In this document: piece by piece, positions 56,074 to 64,000 of the stretch
How positions within the stretch are numbered: position 1 is the first letter of the stretch
Layout: the number at the start of each line of letters is the position of its first letter
Assembly: GCA_964016885.1 (NCBI GenBank)
Contig: OZ024743.1
Span: forward strand, 278,876,001 to 278,940,000
Source: Eledone cirrhosa
Taxonomy: Eukaryota
Length of the DNA stretch: 64,000 nt
Direction of reading: 5' to 3'
The notes under the pieces: model-generated
What the model was told of the DNA's origin: nothing
Database searches by the model: none
Seen by the model: only the letters and a program-made list of their open reading frames with translations
Program-made: the position numbers and the translations under genes

Positions 56074-56427
56074 ATGGTGTGATAGAGGGAAGAGAATGTG
56101 TGGAGAGAACAATAGTAATATTAATAGTAATAATATGATGGTCTGTAAAGAAAAGAATAGAGTGGGGGTGGATAGAAAGAGAATGATAGTAGGAGGATGG
56201 GGTAGATGTTAAAAAACGGGATGGAAATTGTAAGTCCATCATTTGTAGGTAGAGAATAGTGGCTGTATATTATGGATATATTTATATGGGTGGTTGGTTT
56301 GTGTGTTTGAGTGGTGGTTTTGTGTACATTCTGTTTTTTATGAAATTTCTGAAACTCATGTATGGATATATGTGTGATTAATGATGTTTGTGTGTGCAAA
56401 TGGATATGTTGTAATCTATGTGAGATT

Positions 56428-56460
<33 letters not shown>

Positions 56461-56833
56461 GCAACATACCACACAAACACTCTCTCTCTCTCCTTCAATG
56501 TATGATATATTTATATATAGAAAGAGAAAGAGAGGGAGGTATGAAGAGAGGAATAGATGGATGCATTTATGAATATGCGCAAATGTCGTTGTGTATATCT
56601 TTATGTGTTGCCCAGTTGTTGATTTGTGTGTGTCTGTGTGTGTGTGTGGTGGTGGTGGTGGGGGGGGGGAGATTGTGTATATATGTATAGTATACGAGAG
56701 GGAAAGAGAGAGAGAAATGGTGATAGTGAGAAAAATAATCAAAATAGAAACAAGCTTTCAAGATTCAAAAGAATACAATAAGATATCAACCATAATTATA
56801 CACCGTGTTTATTTGTATATATACATACAGACA

Positions 56834-57023
<190 letters not shown>

Positions 57024-57108
57024 AGCAAGAAAGTAAGTGTTGGTAAAATCCAGTACTTCAGTATGCGGATAGGGAGCACTCAACGAAGATATAAATTCCG
57101 GAGTTATA

Positions 57109-57447
57109 ATAGTGACGAAACATAAGTCAATTGCATGAACTCATAATCCTTTATTTACTGCTATATATATTTCGATGATAGCCATTGAATGGCTATGACC
57201 TCATCAGGCAGTTAGTCAGTTCTTAGATATGCCAGCTCTGTGTTTATAGTGTTGATGGTATCAGAGCCTTGGGTCATATTGTCCCAAGGCTCTGATACCA
57301 TCAACACTATAAACACAGAGCTGGCATATCTAAGAACTTACTAACTGCCTGATGAGGTCATAGCCATTCAATGGCTATCATCGAAATATATATAGCAGTA
57401 AATAAAGGATTATGAGTTCATGCAATTGACTTATGTTTCGTCACTAT
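57109..57447. repeat. Fold-back palindrome (165-bp arms, 1 mismatch) carrying a hammerhead on each strand
   Basis: Arms 57109-57273 and 57283-57447. Confidence 0.92.
57344..57399 (+). ncRNA. Minimal type I hammerhead ribozyme (mirror copy on minus strand, 57157-57212)
   Basis: ACTGC-CTGATGA-ggtc-atagcca-ttcaa-tggctat-catc-GAAA-tatata-TA^GCAGT, then AATAAA. Confidence 0.82.
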
Positions 57448-57654
57448 ATATATATAACGAAGGAAGTGAGGTAAGGAACCAGGTGGACCATAACTAACCA
57501 GAGTAATTGATACTATGGGTAGTAGAGTGGGTAATAGGAAAAAGTTCAAGACCAGGGTTCCTGAACCTTTTCCTATATATATATATATAATACACATATA
57601 TATAATATATATATATATGTATATAATATTTATATGTATATAATATTTATTTGC

Positions 57655-57741
57655 ATTTTGCCTTTCATCCTTACAGGGTCGATAAAATAAAGTACCAGTA
57701 ATGCACTGGGTAATTGCTGGCCTTGTGCCTAAAGTAGAAAC

Positions 57742-57746
<5 letters not shown>
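57655..57746 (+). mobile_element. 3' half of a family A SINE
   Basis: Core and tail present. Confidence 0.85.
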
Positions 57747-57826
<80 letters not shown>

Positions 57827-58260
57827 AATTAGCGAGAATCGCAATTCGGATATTGGAAATTAGCGAAACAACTTCCGAGATGTGTGGCAAGCGCTCCATA
57901 GAAACTAGTGAACTAGAGCAACAACGTACGTTAAAAGGCCAAACACACTGAGACGATGGTTAAACCATTATCCGCAAAGCCATAGAAACGACCAACTTAT
58001 TCGGGTCAAACAAATATTAAAATATGATTGAAAATTATACACAGACCCCTGGAAGCGGTGGTAAAATCCAATATGGAGTTTCTGCGATTCCTAAATCAGG
58101 TACTGTCTGCTTAAACAAATACTGTTAAGCTTTTGGTATGATGATAGAACAAGAAAGTCACTTTTTCAACAGGCATTTAGTTCTATATAAAGCTAAGGTC
58201 TGGTCGTTATCTGAACCGACGTGGGGGTTAGAAGGGAGACAACCCCTATATATATATATA

Positions 58261-58930
58261 TGAAGTGACAATAAGAATTGCACCTTTGTGTAAACGTTAT
58301 TACATATTACAAATTGTTTCCATATCGATCAGCTCGGGTTTGATCATACGATCGGATCTCCACACTTAATTGACACTTCTTGGAGCGTATCCTAACGAGA
58401 AATGGACACAGTAACAGCATTGAGTGCTTCGGCCAGTGTCGCCGCTAGTAACTAGAGGTTACGCACCTAATAACATATTTACATATATATATATAATAAG
58501 AAGTAGGAAAAAGTATGACCCCGGCGGCATAGCTCAAGCGGTTTCGACGGCTATAGCCGTCGAAACGGCTTGAGCTCTGCCGTCGGCGGTCATACTTTTT
58601 CCTATTTCCCACTCTACCACCCTAAGTATTGAGTACTCTGGTGCGTTATGGTCCATCTGGTTCCTTACCAATATTTCCTTTGTTATAATAAGAAGTAGAG
58701 AGAGCGGGTAGACAGAGATCAAGAAGATTTGAAGTCAGTGCTGCAGCATAAGTACACACTTTATTGGAATATTGCAATTGTTTCGATATTGATCAACTCA
58801 AGTACAATCAAATTGACTGGGCTCGACTCATTTTCGACATCTCTAGAATACGACCCAAACGAGATGGACCTGGTAACAGCATTGAGTGCTTCGAACGGCG
58901 CGGCCCCTGTCATTGTAGTTACACATCTAG
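58261..58930. repeat. Diverged ~200-bp direct repeats flanking a PLE-type fold-back fragment
   Basis: 58261-58480 resembles 58730-58930 (shared GTAACAGCATTGAGTGCTTCG); palindrome 58504-58604 lies between them. Confidence 0.65.
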
Positions 58931-59564
58931 CTATCATATATATATATATATATAACTCTTTAAAATTTACGCACCCAAATACACACACAAGATATGTCCT
59001 ATTTAAATCAATGCACAAATAGAAATTTCACTTACCATTCATACAGGCTCAAACTGTTCACTTGTCCCTGCACATTATTTCTCTAGAGTTACACATACAC
59101 TTAATCCTGTAAGTTACTCGTACATATATATGAACACATATGCGATTATATCCTGAAAGTATATTACTAAAATGTTATACTTATTTCGAAACTACATGTA
59201 TAAATTAAAGTGTTTGTATTATGCAAACCATTAATTTATCATAAAACAGTTTGCACAGTTATTCATATACCCAGTAAACCTGGTATGTATGGTGAACCAA
59301 TCCGGGACCAAAAAAATTAAATATGTTCAGTGCTATTGCTGTCTGTTTTTGGCAATTGGTGTCCACTAGTAAAATAGTAATTTCACAATTACTATTGTTT
59401 GACGCGAAAAATGAAAGGAAGTTCTCTGAGGTTCATCCCTCTCACAAAAGGCTAATGGATGAATAAAATGGAGAGAGAAAATGTTAGGGAAGGAAGTTTA
59501 AATGTATCAATGAAACAAAGAAGGAATGCTAGAATGAAGGAATGAAAGTTGATAATAAAGGAAA

Positions 59565-59932
59565 TAATTGTTTCTACTTTTGGCACAAGGCCAGCAATTA
59601 ACCAGTACATTACTGGTACTTTATTTTATCGACCCCGTAAGGATGAAAGGCAAAGTTAACCTCGGCGGGATTTGGACTCAGATCATAAAGGGACGGAACT
59701 CTTTGCATCAAAGCATGGCGTCCGACCCTCTACTGATAATTCACCGAGGAAATAATTGTTTCTACGTTAGGCACAAGGCCAGCAATTACCCAGTGCATTA
59801 CTGGTACTTTATTTTATCGACCCCGTAAGGATGAAAGGCAAAGTTAACCTTGGCGGGATTTGAACTCAGAATGGCAAGGGCCGTAACTCTATATGTCAAA
59901 TCATGGCGTCCGACCCTCTACCAATACTGCCA
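59565..59932 (-). mobile_element. Dimer of family A SINEs
   Basis: Copies at ~59565-59733 and ~59752-59932. Confidence 0.9.
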
Positions 59933-59956
59933 AGAAATAATGAGAGAAAGGAAGAC

Positions 59957-60040
<84 letters not shown>

Positions 60041-60546
60041 ATGTGCGTGTGTGTGTGTGTAAATGTGTGTGTGTGTGTACATAGAGAGAGGGAGATAGAG
60101 AGAGATAAGCTTAAAACTAGCAAATGGAAAAAAAAAAGACCGTAAAAAACCCAACCAGCCAAAAAAGAGAGTAACAAACGAAGAAAGAAACAACAACGTC
60201 ACAGAGAATGGGAAAATGGAAAACAAGGAATAAATATATAAAGTGAATAATAAGAAATATGAAAGAAATTGGAGAAAAGACAGAAATATTTTTGTCTATT
60301 TGAACGGCGTGTTGGGGTATATAAGTTTGTGTGTGATTGAGTAATGACGGCTGGATCACTTTGACAGAATGCTGGCACTATGTAATGGTATGTCTATATT
60401 GTACTGTAAATAAACTGACATTGTTTGCTTTCTGCTTCTGCTCGAAAATGGACAAGCAAAAACTACGACGACAGAAGCTATTTATCAGCATACGCTTAGC
60501 TAATGATTGTTGTGTTGGGTGTCGGTTGTTGTTATTGTTGTTGGAG

Positions 60547-60584
<38 letters not shown>

Positions 60585-60688
60585 AATGATGATGATGTTG
60601 AGGATGATGATATTGTTTGTGGGAGAAGCTGCGGAGAAATAATACAGATTGATGGACAATCAACTTTCATTTTCGTATGTGATTGTAC

Positions 60689-60734
<46 letters not shown>

Positions 60735-60792
60735 ATGTGTGTAAGTATGTATATATATATGAATATATATATGTATGTATATATATATATGA

Positions 60793-60825
<33 letters not shown>

Positions 60826-61002
60826 TATGTATATGTATGGTTATATATATATATATACATATATATGTGTGCGTATGTGTGCGTGTGTGTGTGTGAGTGT
60901 ATGTGTATGCGTGTGTGTGTCTATATTTTCATGTGCATACACATACAGCACACAAATATATATGAAGATATGTAGATACACACACACACACACATACACA
61001 CA

Positions 61003-61098
<96 letters not shown>

Positions 61099-61821
61099 TA
61101 TATACATATGTATGTATTTGAGTGTGTTCAATTGTATGTATGTGCGTGAGCTTTATATTATAGCTATGACTGTGTTCAAGTTTGATCATCTTTTTTCAGG
61201 ATTAATATATTTTGTTATTAGTTCGTTATATTTGATCTGTGACTGTTGCATTCATAGATCCATTAATCTAATAGCGTTTCAAGACCTATACACCATACTC
61301 TTCAGAATATTAATGATGGTAGTCATGGCATGTTCGCATGTTTTGTGGTAAGTTGCAAATGTTAAGAACACTGGTCAGATTTTCATGCAAGGATTAAAAG
61401 AAAATAAGAAATGCAGCACAGTTTCATAGTATTGCTTTGAATTGTTCTTTTTACTTCAGCATTAAACATTTCATCAGTAGTCCCTTGATCCATTGATACA
61501 TACTACAAAGCTTATGAAGAATACGCCAATAATGCCAGCATATTTATTCTGAAGATGTGGCTGTGAAAGTCTCGAAACATTAATGGATTAATGGACTTCA
61601 GAATGGTATTGTCATTCTGCGTAATTTAGGTGCACAAACGTTAATAATATTTGTAAAATAACGTAAGTGTGAGTGCTGAGGTGAGAGGTTAGTTTTATGT
61701 GAAAAAAAGAAAAATAAACAAAATCAAAGCAATGATATACATAGTGAAATTAGCTTGATATTTATTCAAACAAAATGAAGCAATAGCAAGGCAACAAGTG
61801 ATAAACTAACTTGCAAGTTTC

Positions 61822-62010
61822 TTGTCAGATCTCTGTATCGTTACGTGTGCCGAAGGAGCTTACTCTCACCCACACACCATCAACTCCGGTGTTCCCAAGT
61901 GTTTGGTTTTGTTCTTCGCATTCTTCTGCCTAAATAACAATGACCAGCTTGCTGTCCACAATACCACCCATTCCTACGCAGGCGATATCACCTTTCATTG
62001 CTTTCAAACC
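61822..62010 (+). pseudogene. CR1/Jockey-like LINE RT fragment
   Basis: INSGVPKCLVL..F..NND....HSYAGDITF resembles GVPQGSVL..FIND..YADD. Confidence 0.55.
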
Positions 62011-62270
62011 TTCCATTATCGAAGTGTCATCCATATGCAACCTAAACCCATCACCCCAAACATATACTGTCTCCATGAACAGAGAATTCGAAGACATTCT
62101 CATATGTGGTCATGTCAGTCTTGTCATTTTCAAAAACAATGAACACAATAAACAGAATAAGAAAATAATATCGTAATCTTAACTCACGTAAGTTAACAAC
62201 AGGCATAAACTATATCACACAACTGCTCTTCCTCTTTAGAGTAAACAAATATTCCAGTTCCCAATAATCC

Positions 62271-62483
62271 ATTGTTTCTACTTAAGGCATACGGCCAGCA
62301 ATTTGAAGGGGAGGGGAAAGTCGATTAGATTGATCCCAGAGTATTACCTGTGCTTTATTTTGTCCACCCCGTAAGGATGAAAGGCAAAGCTAACCTCGGC
62401 GAGATTTGAACTCAGAACGTAAAGGGCCGTAATTCTATGCTGCGAAACATGTTGTCCAAGCGCTAACGATACTGCTAATTCAC
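62271..62483 (-). mobile_element. tRNA-derived SINE (family A, long form)
   Basis: Reverse complement of the family consensus. Confidence 0.85.
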
Positions 62484-63411
62484 TTAATAAAACCTATTAA
62501 AAATCCGAATGAGACTCACAACGAAATTGTGATATAATATTTTGGAGGAGCTGCTGCTAAGCCTAGATATTCTAGTCCACTTTAAACAGTCATATTTGTC
62601 TCTTCAGCTCTCGTCACATTGTATTCATGCATTTCCCAGATTCGTACATACGATTGTTCCCAGTTTTTCCCTCACCGATTGTCAGGTCTCAGGAATACTA
62701 TCCTTACCCATGTTTTTCTTACAGTGATCCACTTCCAACTGTTCTAGATAACATATACCACGTTGATCTCACCAATCTCGGAGATTCTAGAATGGTTATC
62801 GACATAGCTCCTTTTTTTCTTTTTTTTTCAGAGGAAACAGCATAGATAAAACCGACAATACTGAGACTCTTGTTAATGTACACTTTTACGAGCAACGGAT
62901 AAAATGCAAATAAAATATCCATAATCCGCTTTCTTTTGTTAGGGTGCCAGGGTATAATTTAATGCAGATCTAGTTGCTATTTCTAATAGCCCCAGAGACC
63001 ACTCCGTGTGCTGTTGTTGGCAGCTGTTGATATTGTTGTAACTGCTTTTGTTGTACATGTTCTTGCTACTGTTGCCGCTGCTGCTGCAATTTTTAGTTTT
63101 GTTGTTGATGTTGTTGCAGTTGTTGCTGAGGTTGTTGGCTTTATTGGTACTGTTGTTGTTGTTAGTGTTGTATGTTTGCCGTTATTTATGCTACAAACTT
63201 ACTGTTATTTTTAGTTGATTTTCTATTGTCGCTCTGGTATCAGATGCTTCTATTATTAATGTTTTGTTTGTTTTCGTTGTGGCTGATGTTGTTGTTGTTG
63301 GTGGTGGTGTTGGTATTGTCGTTGTTGTTGTTGTCGGTGTTATCTCTGCATTTCATTAATTCCTTTCGCTTATTTCGAAATTATTTGTGGAACCATCACT
63401 GAAAATCTTCC

Positions 63412-63846
<435 letters not shown>

Positions 63847-64000
63847 CTATATTGTAAATCCAAACACACACAACCATAAAGATACCGCCGCTTCTATTAA
63901 AAATATCCACACACACACACACATCTATTCAAAATATCCATTGCCGTATGATATTTGATGTGTAAAGAAATGGCATTCTCGCATATCTCATTTTTATGTA

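Noticed and set aside
55400-56242. 280-aa minus-strand ORF
   Set aside because: Low-complexity translation of GA-rich sequence with no domain signature.

Overview
AT-rich, microsatellite-saturated animal genomic DNA with no recognisable host protein-coding exon. The SINE families and repeat landscape suggest a coleoid cephalopod, probably Octopus (inference). Almost all ORFs in the supplied track are microsatellite translation artefacts. The real content is mobile DNA: about 20 copies of a tRNA-derived SINE, one CORE-type SINE, a head-to-tail pair of decayed Tx1/L1-clade LINEs (28.6-34.8 kb), R4/Dong, RTE and CR1-like LINE fragments, three Helitrons (one with RepHel remnants), a long-TIR foldback element, and Penelope-like element (PLE) RT and GIY-YIG remnants. 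The most notable unannotated signal is a dense population of type I hammerhead ribozyme (HHR) motifs: 5 with intact cores and closable stems, plus many degenerate or half copies, from several unrelated small non-coding families, mostly next to (TA)n. Many sit in near-perfect head-to-head fold-back palindromes whose axis lies on or near the ribozyme. One is in a 419-bp retrozyme-like partial tandem whose inverted 5' piece ends at the predicted cleavage site. All structures were folded by eye; coordinates of decayed repeats are approximate.
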